This document shows positions 13,937 to 26,558 of a stretch of DNA of 64,000 nt, piece after piece. Under the pieces are notes generated by a model. The model did not search any database and was not told the DNA's origin. It saw only the letters and a list, made by a program, of their open reading frames with translations. The position numbers and the translations under genes were made by a program. How positions within the stretch are numbered: position 1 is the stretch's first letter; every line of letters starts with the position of its first letter. Location of the stretch: assembly GCA_003427395.1 (NCBI GenBank), contig BFEA01000030.1, positions 4,549,244 to 4,613,243 on the forward strand. Reading direction: 5' to 3'. The stretch comes from Chara braunii (lineage: Eukaryota; Plantae; Charophyceae).

Positions 13937-14954
13937 TGTGACGAGTTATCTTCTGTAATCGCGCGACTTCCTGCGAGGGGCTGCTGAGGGGGAACAGGAG
14001 GGCTTTGATGAGTGACGGGCGTAAGTGGGGATCAGTTGGGCAAGTTGCATGGATGCCCTCGCTTCTTTTTCGTTTTTATTGGAGTTCGTCGGGCCGGTGT
14101 CGGGAAAGTCCGGCGCCGACGATTGAGTAACCGCGCCCTAACGAGCGCGAGAAATAATAGTTGTCATAGCTTCTTTCTTGTTCTGCTGAGAGCACTAGGA
14201 ATTTTGGCGCGATTAACACGTGGGAATTTTCGTTTTTAAAATTCGAACTAATATCGAGCCCCCGCAGACTCTCGAAATTGTTTTTCTTTCGGAATTTTCT
14301 TTTGCAATAGGGATTTAGACTAGGAATTTAGGCACCTTGCAATTTGGTTGCAAGACGCTTCTTGCTCGCACGCGCCGTGCCTCGACAGGGTCTGGGCTAT
14401 GATTTCCATCCGCGCCTTAATCTTGTGTGTAACTGTAGCTTTTGGCGGGCGCAATGGCAACTGTAATCTTCTTGTTCTTGATAGCCTTTGTGTTTCTCTC
14501 TTTCCTGCCTCGTCTTCGTGCACAATCTCCTCCTTTGTTCTAAGTGGTTCCCACGTTGCATGCCCGGATCGCTGCGCGGAGAGTGGCTCCGTCCCCCGCG
14601 CCGCGACTTGGACGTGCAGACGTAGGCACTTCCTCTCTTCTCTTTCTCATCGCTTGGGCTAGTCCCGTATCCTTCGCGCAAGCATGCATGCTATAAATTT
14701 CGCAAGCGCGATTAGTTGTCTCTCTAAGAATCTCGAGGTTAGCGCGATCAGATAGGGTCGGCTAACGAGCAAGTTTGGAAGGTGAGTGAGTATGAGAGTT
14801 GGGCGATCCGACGAGCTCGTGCTGTGCGCGGGGTTGACGTGTGGCCGCGAAGGACTGTGGCACGTGAGCGAACCTGGCTTGCACACTCAGGCCAAGCGGG
14901 GTGACGACTCTGTGTGGCTTTGGGGATGTGGGGCGACGGACTGCCCACATCGAT

Positions 14955-15047
<93 letters not shown>

Positions 15048-15117
15048 NNNNNNNNNNNNNNNNNNNNNNNNNNNNNNNNNNNNNNNNNNNNNNNNNNNNN
15101 NNNNNNNNNNNNNNNNN

Positions 15118-15183
<66 letters not shown>

Positions 15184-16519
15184 GAGAGAGAGAGTGAGAG
15201 AGAGAGGGACGGGGATATGGTGGACCAGTGTCTTCTTCTACCTTCTATGTAAAGTTTTGATTCCAACGTTGGTCACTTTTGTTGCGGCGCCTTCGGATTT
15301 CTTGTGTGAATCATCTCAGACTATCTGCTTTGTGTGTACGGATGCATGAGGGTGAATGAACTCGTGTCCCCTCCTTTGAGTTGTCCTTAATCTCCAATTT
15401 TGTTTTGCTCAATTCCAATTTTGTCAATTTCGAGTATGCGTTGGGAAAATTTTGGTTCCCGCAGGTTGGGCCAGATACGTCCCTCGCGCGCGCATCTGAT
15501 CACCTATTTTTGAGTCGCGCATGATTGCAAGGACCACAGGGTGCGTTGGTTCTGGATGCTAAACTAACTCTGCCCTCTTATGTATATGATGGTGTGAGCA
15601 ATGATTAGTTTTGCCTGAGATTTGGATAACAGTTGCATGGAAAGACTAACTGCAGGCATATAGGATAAACCGACACGCAGGTAACTCGCTCATTGGCAAC
15701 GTACCCACAGTGTCACGCAGTCTTTGATCTGATCGGCCGGCTCACGTGCACACATGCGTAAGGTAGCCACCCGCAAAAATGACCTGCAGCCTACGCGCGC
15801 GCGTGCAAGGGCCAACCCGACCCCGCTTGACAAAGATGCCGGACAAAATTCCGCTAAGTAGGATATGGCGATCGAAACTCCTTTCTGGATCACCGATCGC
15901 GAGAGCCTGAGAGATCCGGAATACCGAGCGTATTGGGAAAGGGAATAAGTCAGACGGCAACATACCAGACGGCAACGGAACTTGCGGAATCTTGAGTACC
16001 CCTGCCGAACTTGAAACGAGCAATTGTGAGCAGGGGCGATTTCCAGCTGGCAATAAACCGAGACTCACGGACCCCGGATTACCCCGGCAGTCGAACCCAG
16101 CATTACCTTCTAATCCCGGGCTTTGTGGCCATCACCACTAACTTCCCTCCCTCTTACATCGTCCTCCCGTATCAGCAACTACTCGTCGTCCCCTGGGAGT
16201 CCATAGCCCGGTTCTGGCCCCGACTGCCGTGCTCAGAATGTCAGCAGCACGACGATTACCGTCCGACGGGGATCACTCGACAAACCCACTCCAAAACGGA
16301 ACAACGAGAGCGCAGTTTGTCCTCATCAGCCTCGGAGACTTGCGTCGGCCGGCATAGGTACGAGCGTTCCCACCGGGACACCCGTAGCGCCCCACCCGAG
16401 CACCTTACGCGGCCCATCCCCACTTTCCTAAAATCCTTGGCACACCCCTTTTCGCACTTCCAAGCCCACTGCCACTCCCATAACAGGAAGCTGCGCTGGG
16501 CGTGAGGTTGGGCGTCACA
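13937..16519 (+). repeat. 3' LTR of family 1
   Basis: TGTGACG...CGTCACA 7-bp terminal inverted repeat; colinear with 1-2418; expanded (GA)n with gap. Confidence 0.9.
14958..15205. repeat. (GA)n microsatellite inside 3' LTR, gap-containing
   Basis: Seen directly; the 5' LTR has only a short (GA)n at ~987-1005. Confidence 0.95.
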
Positions 16520-16896
16520 ATGAAACAACGAAAATGAAACCCACACAAGCGCAGCCTCCTGGCTGCGAACTTGAAACCAGAACATAATCTCGACAAGTGG
16601 GACATGGCCCCGGATGTAATGTCGAGGTCCTGGGGCTCGTGTTTTGAAACTGAATGGAAATTTGAATTTTGAGGGGGTGGGAAAGGGAAATGCAAGCACT
16701 GGAATTTTCTGAAACCAACACTCTTGGGCCCAGGGGCTACTGGAGGGTGCATGGAATTCCAAGTGTCCCCGAAACGTGGGCGTTTTAAAACGAGGGGGGG
16801 GGGGGGATGCTTTTTGTTAGGCTCTAGGGCACAGTTTCCAACTTTCAAGCTTTTTTTTTCCTTTCTATTTTTCCGTTTTTTTTCTGCAGGGGGAGA

Positions 16897-17051
16897 GGCC
16901 CCACTAGCAAAGAGGAGTGGATTGAGGGGTCTGAATCTGGACGTGTTTTATGCAGAGATGCAGAAAGGCAGATGAATCACAATTCTCTACCCGGCTTTGC
17001 AAACACGTCCAGATTCATGGGGTTAAATCCAATCCTCTTTCATAGTGGACC
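16897..17051. mobile_element. MITE-like fold-back, family C, copy 1
   Basis: CCACTAGCAAAGAGGA...TGAATCTGGACGTG arm vs CACGTCCAGATTCA...TCCTCTTT arm; homologs at 17786 and 18512. Confidence 0.7.
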
Positions 17052-17097
17052 TGGCTCCTGGGGGCAATGTCCCACTTGCAGGAATTGTGAGATATAA

Positions 17098-17154
17098 GGG
17101 ATGCTGGGCCCGATTCCCAACACGTGCTGCTCCTCACGAATAAGAATGTAGACG
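17098..17154 (+). other. Double-pseudoknot 3' module, decayed copy
   Basis: GGGATGCTGGGCCCGATTCCCAACACGTGCTGCTCCTCACGAATAAGAATG. Confidence 0.6.
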
Positions 17155-17785
17155 TCAGAACAGCAGCGCGCCTTCACCAGGTACCCGCCCATGCCCCTAC
17201 CTGAGGAAAGTAAGCCCCAGTTGGTTTTAAAGGGAAACCCCCAAAAAAAAGGAGATAAAGACTGTCGATCAAAGACGATCAACGGCCAAAAAAATGTCGC
17301 TCCTGTGAGTGCGCGGTGACACAGCGGGGACATGAAGGCTTTTTTTTGGGGGGGGGAGGGAGGGGGGGGAGACATGACGGGTCTCAGCCTACCGGCCACG
17401 GCCCCTAGACTCCTTTTCTCCAAAAAAAAAAAAAACAAAAAACAGCAAGCCTTTCAGCTTTGAGCATTTTTCGCACAAATTGTTTTGCACAAAGAAATCT
17501 GCAATGGTGTGTGTGATCCCTGACAACGTAAGCCCCTATCTTCTTCCACAGAACACAACGTACGGTCATTATAGCTGTATTTGGGGCATCTTTCAGTCTA
17601 AATACAGCTATAATGACCGCACGTTGTATTCGGGCGAAGAAGGTAGTACACAGCCCCAGGCTTGCAGAAAGTTTTTTGTTGCCACAAGCAAAACTCGGAG
17701 GCGCCGCCCGGCCAGGCCCGCCGCTGAAAAAGAAAAATCAGCGGCCTCCGAAGTGGTGCGGATTTCGTGCTGACACCGGGGGACT

Positions 17786-17940
17786 GGTCCCACTGGCAAA
17801 GAGGATCGGATCGAATGCCTGAATCTGGACCTCTTTGTGGAAAAGTGCAGAATGTCGAGATTGAACTGCTTTTCCGCATCTCTTCTTAAAACACGTCCAG
17901 ATTCAGGATATTTATCCAACCCCGCTTTGCTAGTGGGACC
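17786..17940. mobile_element. MITE-like fold-back, family C, copy 2
   Basis: GGTCCCACTGGCAAAG...CTTTGCTAGTGGGACC inverted termini. Confidence 0.75.
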
Positions 17941-18511
17941 TCACCCCCGCGGGCCCATGTGTGGTGTATTGGTGCTTTAGAATGTGTTGCACCAAAGGGT
18001 GCCCTCCACTCCACACTCATGAACTAAATGCATTAAAGAGGCTATGTGCAGCGCCAGAGGGGAATATCGAAAATACTTTTCGGCCCACCGTGCATTTAAC
18101 CTAGTCCCCTCGCAACACGTTCCTCTGTCCGTGCATGATCTCAGAACATGTCCGTGCATGATCTCAGAACATGACGGTTCTTTCTTTCTTTTTCTTTCTT
18201 TTTTTTTAATCTTTTTTAAACAAAATGTTGTCTTTTTATTATACATACCGGGAAACGGGCCCGGTGTCCCTCACATATGTGTGTAGGCGGCTCCCAATTA
18301 TGGACGAGGCATCACCGGCCAAGCCCAGATGGGGAGTCAGAAGAACTCTGCCTTTTTTTTTTTTTTTTTTTTTTCGTCTTTCCTCAGCCATTTGGAGAAG
18401 CCGAGTCATTGTAGCAGNNNNNNNNNNNNNNNTTTTTTTTTTTTTTTTTTTTTTTTTTTTTTCTTGCGAAGTCCATCTCAACACTTCCAAAAGTCTGGGG
18501 CAGTGGAATAG

Positions 18512-18672
18512 GGCCAGATCACATTGGCAAAGAGGATTGTAATAAGTGTCTGAATGTGGACGTGTTTGTGGACAGGTGCGAAAATTTGTGATTGATCTAT
18601 TTTTCTGCATCTCTGTGTGGATGTCCAGATTCAGACTCTTATTCCAATCCTCTTTGCCATTGGGATCTGGCC
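18512..18672. mobile_element. MITE-like fold-back, family C, copy 3
   Basis: GGCCAGATC..TGGCAAAGAGGATTG / CAATCCTCTTTGCCA..GATCTGGCC. Confidence 0.75.
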
Positions 18673-19093
18673 AAAAAAAAAAAATCATTGAAGTTGAAAT
18701 GTCTTGGAACTGTAGCAATGGCTGGCTGCATGCACGCCGCGACTTCCGGAAGTACTGGTGTTTTTTTTTTTGTGGGGGAGGGACAAAATAGCAATGCTGC
18801 GACAGTGATTCTGGAAGGAAAATAAAAAAATTGTCAAGAAAAAAAAGTGCGCAGGGCAAATGGGGGGAAAAAAACATTTCTGCGTTTCCGTGTTTTTTGC
18901 CAAAAAGATGTTGTGCACAGGATTTGCCCCCAGGATAGGCCGGCAGTGGCCATCGCCCGCTGGCACACGTGGCCCAAAAGCCGTCCTCCAAGGACTAAAA
19001 TGGCGCCAGTGGGCTAAGATCCCTGATCTTTTTTTTTTTTTTTTTTTTTGGTCCCTGGTCTTTCCGAAACAGAGAGAGAGAAAATAATAAAAA

Positions 19094-19498
19094 GGGGTAA
19101 GTAGGGCGCAGTCACTATTTCAGGTTAAAATCCACTTCAGGCATCCCTCGAATACAACACATCCCCACCGGACCCTAAAGCTAGGTTGTATGCATTCAAG
19201 ATTTTCCTCGCTTTGGCAAAACATGCACGAAATCCAAATCCACTTCTGGCGTCCCTCAAATACAAGACATCCCCACCGGACCCTAAAGGTAGGTTGTATA
19301 CATTCGAGATATTCCTCGCTTTGGCAAAACGTTCGCGAAATCGAAATCCACTTCCGGCATCCCTCGAATACAACACATCCCCACCGGACCCTTAAGCTAG
19401 ATTGTATACATTCACGATTTGCTTTGGCAAAACATTCGCGAAATCATGACTGAAGCGCATTTTCAAACTGAAACCGTGACTGCACCCTAGTTTGCCCC
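19094..19498. mobile_element. MITE family B: ~38-bp imperfect TIRs enclosing ~3 x 108-bp tandem repeats
   Basis: GGGGTAAGTAGGGCGCAGTCAC... / ...GTGACTGCACCCTAGTTTGCCCC; TCCACTTC recurs at 19131, 19239, 19347. Confidence 0.8.
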
Positions 19499-19593
19499 AA
19501 TAAGAAAGTCTTAGATTGTAATATGGCGAAAGCAGAAAAAAGAAGAAGCAGGCTGGAATGAGAAGATGAAAAATTCTAATCTGTTTTTTTGGG

Positions 19594-19790
19594 GGGGAAA
19601 CTACGCGGGAGTCACAGAAATGAGTTATAATTCCATTATGGGCCACGATACAGTTTTGAATTGCAGTTCGGGCAATGTATACAATCCAGCTTTCTGGCCA
19701 GGTAGGGTGCCCAGACTGCAATTGCAAACTGTATCTTGCCCCATAGTGCAATTATAACTTGTGTTTTTGTGACTCTACTGAAGTTACCCC
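19594..19790 (-). mobile_element. MITE family A (~195 bp, GGGG...CCCC)
   Basis: Near-palindromic; highly similar to 29857-30053, 49117-49304, 49344-49540. Confidence 0.85.
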
Positions 19791-19998
19791 TATTTTCCAG
19801 TCTTCTCTCCAACCTTCTTCCGGATTCTGAAAACCTGGTACTGGGAGCAGATTGGAATATACCAGCCGCTGCCCGCGAGAAAAAAGGTTGGGAGAGAGGA
19901 AGAGCCAAAGTCAAGAGTACACAAGTTGAAATTGGCTAACAGATCTGGCTTCCAGTCGTCCCGGCTGCCACAACTGTAATGTTGGAATTGTCAATCTG

Positions 19999-21015
19999 TG
20001 AAACGGTTTTCACCTTTGCAGTAGCAGATGTAGATCCCAGGGCTCGATCCCTAGACCTGCCCTTTTTTTTTTTTTCTTTTTTTTTTCTTTTTTTTTTTTG
20101 AAGACAACTCCTCTAGTGCTAGTGGTGCTGGTACCATGCACAGTACAGTTTGCCTCGTCAATGTTTGAACCCGTGACCTGCCCCTAAAGTTGTCTGTCTA
20201 AGGCTGTTGTAGATACGAAGGTTGAGTAGGTTCGAACTGCTTACCTGTAGGGTAGGAGTCATAGGTTTTGTTTGGTCGTAGCTGCTGTAGGTCTGAAGGG
20301 CCAACCTCAGCCGTAGCTGCTACAGTACCGAAAGGGCAAGTAGGAAGGTCTAGAGTCGTCTTGGACTGCCCCTTCGAGATTCTCAGAAGCAGTCCGTAGG
20401 CAAGTGGGCAAGTGGGCAAGTGGGCAAGTGGGCAGACTTCACAGGTCTAGTTAGCTGTACCAGTCCCAGTCGCACCTTGTCCAGTCAGCAAGTACCATGT
20501 GGGACTGTGTGCACCCTAGGCCCGGTGGACAGGAGCAGATCGGCGACCAACTGAAGTATAAATCAAGAGGCAGCATCCAGCTATTCATTCATTCAGACTG
20601 TGAGCCGTGCGGAAGCACTGCCTGAGGTCTGTTAGTGCCCGAGGAAGAAGTGGGGTGGAAGGGAGACAAAGCAGCCATAGCCGCTAGTTGGCCGTAGAGG
20701 TAGAACGCAGCCATAGCTGCTATACGTTAGAGGTAGTCTACAGCGTGTATGCGAGTGAATGTGCAGTGAGTTGTGTGCGTGTGTGGGATATCCAGGGAGA
20801 TCCAGAGTAGCATGCGTGTGAACAGTGCTGAGGATACAGTGTGGAAGGGTGATGTGAGGGCGGGCGCTCAGGCGCCATAGCCATTTGAAGTGAGTTTGAA
20901 TCTGAACTGTGTTCTGGGCCTTGGTATCTCTGAGCTTTGTGTGGGCGCCTTGCGCCACTGCGAGTTGCCATCTGTTTTCATGCATGGCGAACAAGAAAGA
21001 AGTTGTCTGATTGCA
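19999..21015 (+). repeat. 5' LTR of Gypsy family 2, copy 1
   Basis: TGAAACGG...TTGCA; homologous to reverse complement of 58526-59489; PBS starts 2 nt after the CA. Confidence 0.75.
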
Positions 21016-21016
21016 T

Positions 21017-21028
21017 TGGTATCGGAGC
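21017..21028 (+). promoter_or_regulatory. Primer binding site, tRNA-iMet type
   Basis: TGGTATCGGAGC following ...TGCA-T. Confidence 0.8.
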
Positions 21029-21138
21029 TGGTTCCCGCTGTTCCACCCGCCATCGTCGTTCGTCACGAAGAAGAAGGAGCCGCCATAGCTGTGCCACTGG
21101 AGGAAGACGACGTGTACCTGCACAGGCAACGACGACGA

Positions 21139-21222
<84 letters not shown>

Positions 21223-21251
21223 NNNNNNNNNNNNNNNNNNNNNNNNNNNNN

Positions 21252-21297
<46 letters not shown>

Positions 21298-22382
21298 CGA
21301 TACAAGATAGGTTGTTGTGGCTCAAGAAAGAAGGTGCGGCCATAGCCGTCGAGCGTGGACACAGAGAGGAAGACGATGTTGGGAGAAAGAAAGAAAGTGA
21401 AGGAGGAAGAAGAGACGAAGGGGGGAAAAGAAGCCATAGCCGAGGGTGAAGGTGACGAGACGAAGGAGGAGAGAGAAGCCATAGCCAAGAGTGGAGGTGA
21501 AGAGAGAAGGAGGGAGGTGAAGGTTGTTGAAGGAGAAGTGGTCGGCATCCATAGCCGAGCTTATTGAAGTTGATCAAGTGTTGACCAGTGTTGACCAGGA
21601 CGTTGACGGAGGTGTTGACTGGTGTTGACCAAGGCGTTGACCGGAGCTGTTGACCACGAAGTTTGACAAAGCTGGAATTTGTATAATCTCGCCAAGCCTT
21701 CAGCCTATCCCCTCGTCCTATGGATGTGCACTCACACCATGGTACTTGCTGAGTTTGTCCGTCTCTTCTTTCTGCATTGAATCTCTTCTGTCCAGGTGAT
21801 TGGAACTCCATGTATGTGGTCATAGAGTTGTGTTAACCAAAACCACACGGGCTGAGTAGGGCTGCTGTCCATGTCTGATGATTAACATGTCCCAGAGGAC
21901 TAACCCTCCCAAGGACCGGTACGGACCGGCGGGCTGCTGAGTGTGGCATGGTTGGCCCAAAATCCGAGCTGTGGGCTGCACAACCGGCTGTCTAAGTCTT
22001 GAGAGGACTTGCTGATGGTGTCGTCCTGTTTGCGACGCTGAACAATTCCTAAGGAGTTATGGGGGATCTCCTTAAATGCCCCCTGATCAGCAGTGAAGTC
22101 CTGTAGTGACAGCCATAGTTATAGGTCTAGGCTAGAGACCCTAGTTGACAGGGTTCCGAACCGGAGTGAAAGTTTGGTGGGTTGACCGCGGGTGCAGGGC
22201 ATCTGGGTCGGGAATTGTAATGGACAGTGGTGGCGAAAGCTTCCGCCGGCTGTGGTAACCTGGCTGGCACAAAGGGGAGGACTCTGTGGTCCATAGAGAG
22301 TCAATCAGTTAGTCGGTTAGTCAGGGGGTGGAAGTCTAAGTGGTGAGGAGCGAAACTGTCACTCGGTTGTGCACCTTTTACC

Positions 22383-23071
22383 ATGGTGGACACTCGTAGC
22401 GGTATGAGCACCACCCCGTGTACAAAAGAGCAGGAAGAGCAGCTTGCCGCCATGCTGAAGGAAAGAAAGGAAAATAAGTAGTTGAAGAAGAAAGCCATTT
22501 CAGAAGAACAGGCAGCGAAGAAGAAAAAGTTGGAGGAGGAGATGGAAAGATTGAGGAAAGAAAAAGAATAACAACTGGAGGCGGTAGTAGAAGAAGAAGA
22601 AGAAGAGCAAGAAGAGATTCCCCTATAGAGAAATATTAGGAGGGCAGAAAAAGGGGAGTCGAGTGGCACGGCGGAGGAGGAGAGGAAGCTGGAAAAGATG
22701 GTGACAGAGTGTGTGGCTAATTTATCCCTGGGAGAAGACGAAGAGGTGATGATGTATATTCCCCACGATGAGAGGGACGCGGCAATAGCCGAGATCCAGG
22801 CAGTGCAGGATCCTTTGCAGAGTCGGGCATTGGAGGAGGAAAAGAGGATGGAATGGAAGCTGCACCTTAGAAGGCAGAGAAGGAGGTGCATAGAGGTGGC
22901 GACAAAATTGGAGGAGGAGTTGGCCGCCACGAGGGAGCAGCATGTACGTTTGGCCGAGCAAGCGGATCTCTAGAACAAAGTAGAGATCATCGGTAAGAGC
23001 CTGGAAGTGATGATCCGGGCTCAGCAAGAGCAAATGAATTATCTCAGGGGTCATGATATAGCCCTGCAGTC
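22383..23071 (+). pseudogene. gag: gag N-terminal coiled-coil region (family 2), multiple stops
   Basis: MVDTRSGMSTTPCTKEQEEQLAAMLKERKE matches the minus-strand MVDTRSGKSTMPYSKAQEEQTAAILRERKE at 57179. Confidence 0.8.
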
Positions 23072-23464
23072 TAGGCTACCAGAGTGGCCCGGGGTCACTT
23101 GCCCGGCTGGGCCAAAACAAATTAAAAAAAAAAAAAAAAAAAAAAACATTATTATTATTTTTTTTTTACTCTATATTTGGTGAGGAATTTCGATGTTACC
23201 CTGAGNNNNNNNNNNNNNNNNNNNNNNNNNNNNNNNNNNNNNNNNNNNNNNNNNNNNNNNNNNNNNNNNNNNNNNNNNNNNNNNNNNNNNNNNNNNNNNN
23301 NNNNNNNNNNNNNNNNNNNNNNNNNNNNNNNNNNNNNNNNNNNNNNNNNNNNNNNNNNNNNNNNNNNNNNNNNNNNNNNNNNNNNNNNNNNNNNNNNNNN
23401 NNNNNNNNNNNNNNNNNNNNNNNNNNNNNNNNNNNNNNNNNNNNNTTTTTTTTTTCACGAAACA

Positions 23465-23576
23465 GCTCCATCTATTGGTGGGGAGCAACACCTGCTGGAA
23501 ACCGGGTCCAGCGTCCCATAGATACAAACATTACCTCACAAATTGGCACGAACTGGGAACCGGGCCCAGCGTCCCC
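23465..23576 (-). other. 3' module: extra PK1 (23552-23576) plus full copy (23465-23517), then poly(A)
   Basis: Consensus-like copy beside poly-T 23446-23455. Confidence 0.85.
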
Positions 23577-24299
23577 TAACGAATACCTTCAGAAGATTCG
23601 TCACTAAAAACCTACTAGAAAAATTCAATTGGCCTAAGAATAGTTTTTGAAAATTAAGATACCGGGGCCATTACCCGGCTTTGACTCAGAGATATTGGAG
23701 CAACTTCAGACATGTCTACAAATGATTTAGAACAAATTTCAGGAACGACTCAAGAGAACACCCCATCACACCACTTTACCTCACTCCGGCAAGACTGACT
23801 GCAGCAGGGCCACCATCTCTGCTGCTGCTGTATCATACTCCCATCCTACCAGCTAGCCCCTCACTGGCATGATGCATGATAACCCACCCTCTGCTCCTAC
23901 TCGCCTTATTCTCTATTTGAGGTTCCTAAGAGCTTTTTTTTTTCAGAAAAAGGTCAGACCCCCCAAACAATCCCCTGCTCCCCACTCCAGCAAGACTTAC
24001 TGCAGCAGAGCCACCATCTCTGCTGTTGTTGTGCTCTATTCCCATCCTCCCCGCTAGCCCACTCACTAGTAGGACGCGTGATACCCCACCATCTTTTTTC
24101 CAAAAACTGCAATCGCAACAGTTCTGTCTTCGTCATCGAAAGGGAGGTTCTGGAAGACCAACAAGTGCAACAGTTCTGTCTTTGTCATCGAAGGGGAGGT
24201 CCTGGGTATGTTGTAATGAGGTCAGCTGACCGCGGCCGGTACCCATCGAGACTCCGCTCAATGCCAATCGCATCCGTTCTCAACCAACCCCATCCGAAC

Positions 24300-25015
24300 C
24301 CCCTTCACCCTCCCCAACTCCGTCCTAGTAAAGGGTTCGAAGGACCATGTCCTTAGCACAAGCCAGACACAATCGTCATCCTGCAATCTCCTGCCCCCTC
24401 GGAGATTCCAGTTTCCGTCATTGAGAAGGTAAGCCAGCGCTGCCTGAGGTCAATCGCACCAGGATGATCCCTCATCAGCCGGTACCCATCCGGTAACTAA
24501 AGTTGCCCGATGCCAATCGCATCTAATGAAAGATCCCCCAACCGGTACCCCTCAAACGACCTGATTCAACCCTCTCTCCGTCCTCACAAAGAGTCATCTC
24601 GTGCCCTTTACCCGCCACCTTAAACAGATCCCCAAAACCCAACAGAACCTCCACTCACCTGTCCCCCCTTCGCCTCCCCAACTCCGTCCTAGTAAAGAGT
24701 TCGAAAGACCATGTCCTCAGCAAGAGCCAGACACAATCCTCACCCTGTAATCTCCTGCCCCCTCGGAAAATTCCAGTCTCCGTCATCGAGGGAGTGAGCC
24801 AGCACTGCCTGAGGTCAATCGCGCCAGAGTAAACCCTCATCAGCCGACACCCATCCGACAACCAAAGCTGCCCTACGCCAATCGCATCCAATGAAAGTTC
24901 CCCTAGCCGGTACCCCTCAGACAGCCCCGATACAACCCTCTCTCCGTCCTCGCAAAGAGTCATCTCGTGCCCTTGCCCTCCATCTTAGACAGATCCCCCA
25001 AAACTCAACCGAACC
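24300..25015. repeat. Diverged tandem duplication, period ~364 bp
   Basis: CCCCAACTCCGTCCTAGTAAAG at 24312 and 24676 with colinear downstream sequence. Confidence 0.88.
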
Positions 25016-26558
25016 GCCCCATACGAATTTACAAAATTTGAAGCGAATTTAAGCCAGATATTTGGGACCACATGCAAATCACCATTCGACCAATACTATG
25101 AAATTCTCAGTTGATTTATTCGACAAAAAATGAAAACACTAATCCAGAAGTCCGTTGAGATGCAAAGGAGAATCAATTGATTTTGAAAATCCATAGGTAA
25201 TACAAATAGGAAAAGAATCTGATATCCACCCGAACTTTTTACTCTGATTTTTAAAACCAGGGTTCAGGTCATAAGAAACACAAATAGGAAAAAGAATTTG
25301 ATGTCCACCCGGACTTCGACTCTGATTTCCAGAACCAGGGTTCAGGAAATCGTTAAGACAGTAAGTAAGAAACTTACTAATCAGAAAAACTTGTCATATG
25401 AGCATCTAGAACTATGACGTAGAAAGGGTACATGGATAGCACAATTATTGAATTATCATTATTATTGAAAATAATAGCTCTGTAGAAGATAGAAAGTAGC
25501 AAAAAAACACAGAAAATCGCTTCGAGCAAGGAAATGGTCAACAAAAACCTGTTGATCATCTAAGAAAGAGCAAGATCATGTCAGACGATCAACCTAAAAA
25601 GACAAATGAAGAATCATGCAAGAAATCACTGGTTATTATTAGTAGGAGATTAGTGGGAGATCTCTTCAAAATCAACAAATCATATCCCTTCTTCCTCAAA
25701 CCGCCGCTTACCTCTCTTACCTCCCACCCTTCAAACCCTACCCCTGCACCTTTGGGGGAGGAAGAATTCCCTTCCTCCCACTGCTAGCTTCTAGGCTCGA
25801 AGCAAACGCCAACACCAAAGGCATACGCGGCCGTCTTCGATTCTCGCAAAAATCGAAAACAGTGTGGCACCCCCTCGCCAAATCCGCTGACGAGTCGCCA
25901 CAAGGAGTTCAACACCACCATAACTGTACGCTCACCATACTCTTACCTACGGTTGAGGAAAAGGGAAGGGTATCACCCACCACGTCATCTCTAGGGCCAC
26001 TACTCCCACGTCGTTATTTCATCGCCAGCATTCATTCTCGTACACAGCGATGCCGCGATTCGCCCCTCAGTCCGCCAAGCAAAACCCCGCCGCCACGCAA
26101 AAACCCCTCCGCCACATGGACGACCAAACCCCATTTTTAATCCGTCGAACAGCGATGTCGTAATCCCACCCACGACGCTCCCTCCGATCAGCTGTGCTCC
26201 ATAGCACCACGCTCATCGACTTCGTTATTAGGCGCCATGCTTCAATCGGTAGCCCAAGGCAAAAAACAACGCGCGTCAATTGTCATGGCCATCGTCATGA
26301 ACCACTGCAGAAGTCGCTCCCCTAATCCCGTTGTCGTCTCGCCATATCCCATCGCTGTTCAATTCCTTTCCAATATCACCGACCGCAGTCGCCATACCCA
26401 CCCGCTGCCGCTACCCGCCAACCTCTCTGGCATCGTGCCGTGTGAACGCGCCTAATCGAACCGGGCGTAGCGCTCCCGGCAGCGCTGCGCCCCCCTGTCA
26501 AGCACTAGTAAATATCTTCACTCTAGCTCCGTCACGCTTTCAGTTTGAAAATGTCAGT

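Larger units (their letters stand above)
1..16519 (+). mobile_element. Ty3/Gypsy LTR retrotransposon (family 1), degenerate, with nested insertion; 5' end just outside the window
   Basis: Direct repeats 1-2418 and 13937-16519; PBS at 2419; gag-PR-RT-RNaseH-IN order with stops and frameshifts. Confidence 0.93.
23072..26558. mobile_element. Composite ~3.5 kb insertion splitting gag
   Basis: CCTGCAGTC duplicated at 23063-23071 and 26559-26567; gag reads ...DIALQS|MRVGFRDF when excised. Confidence 0.55.
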
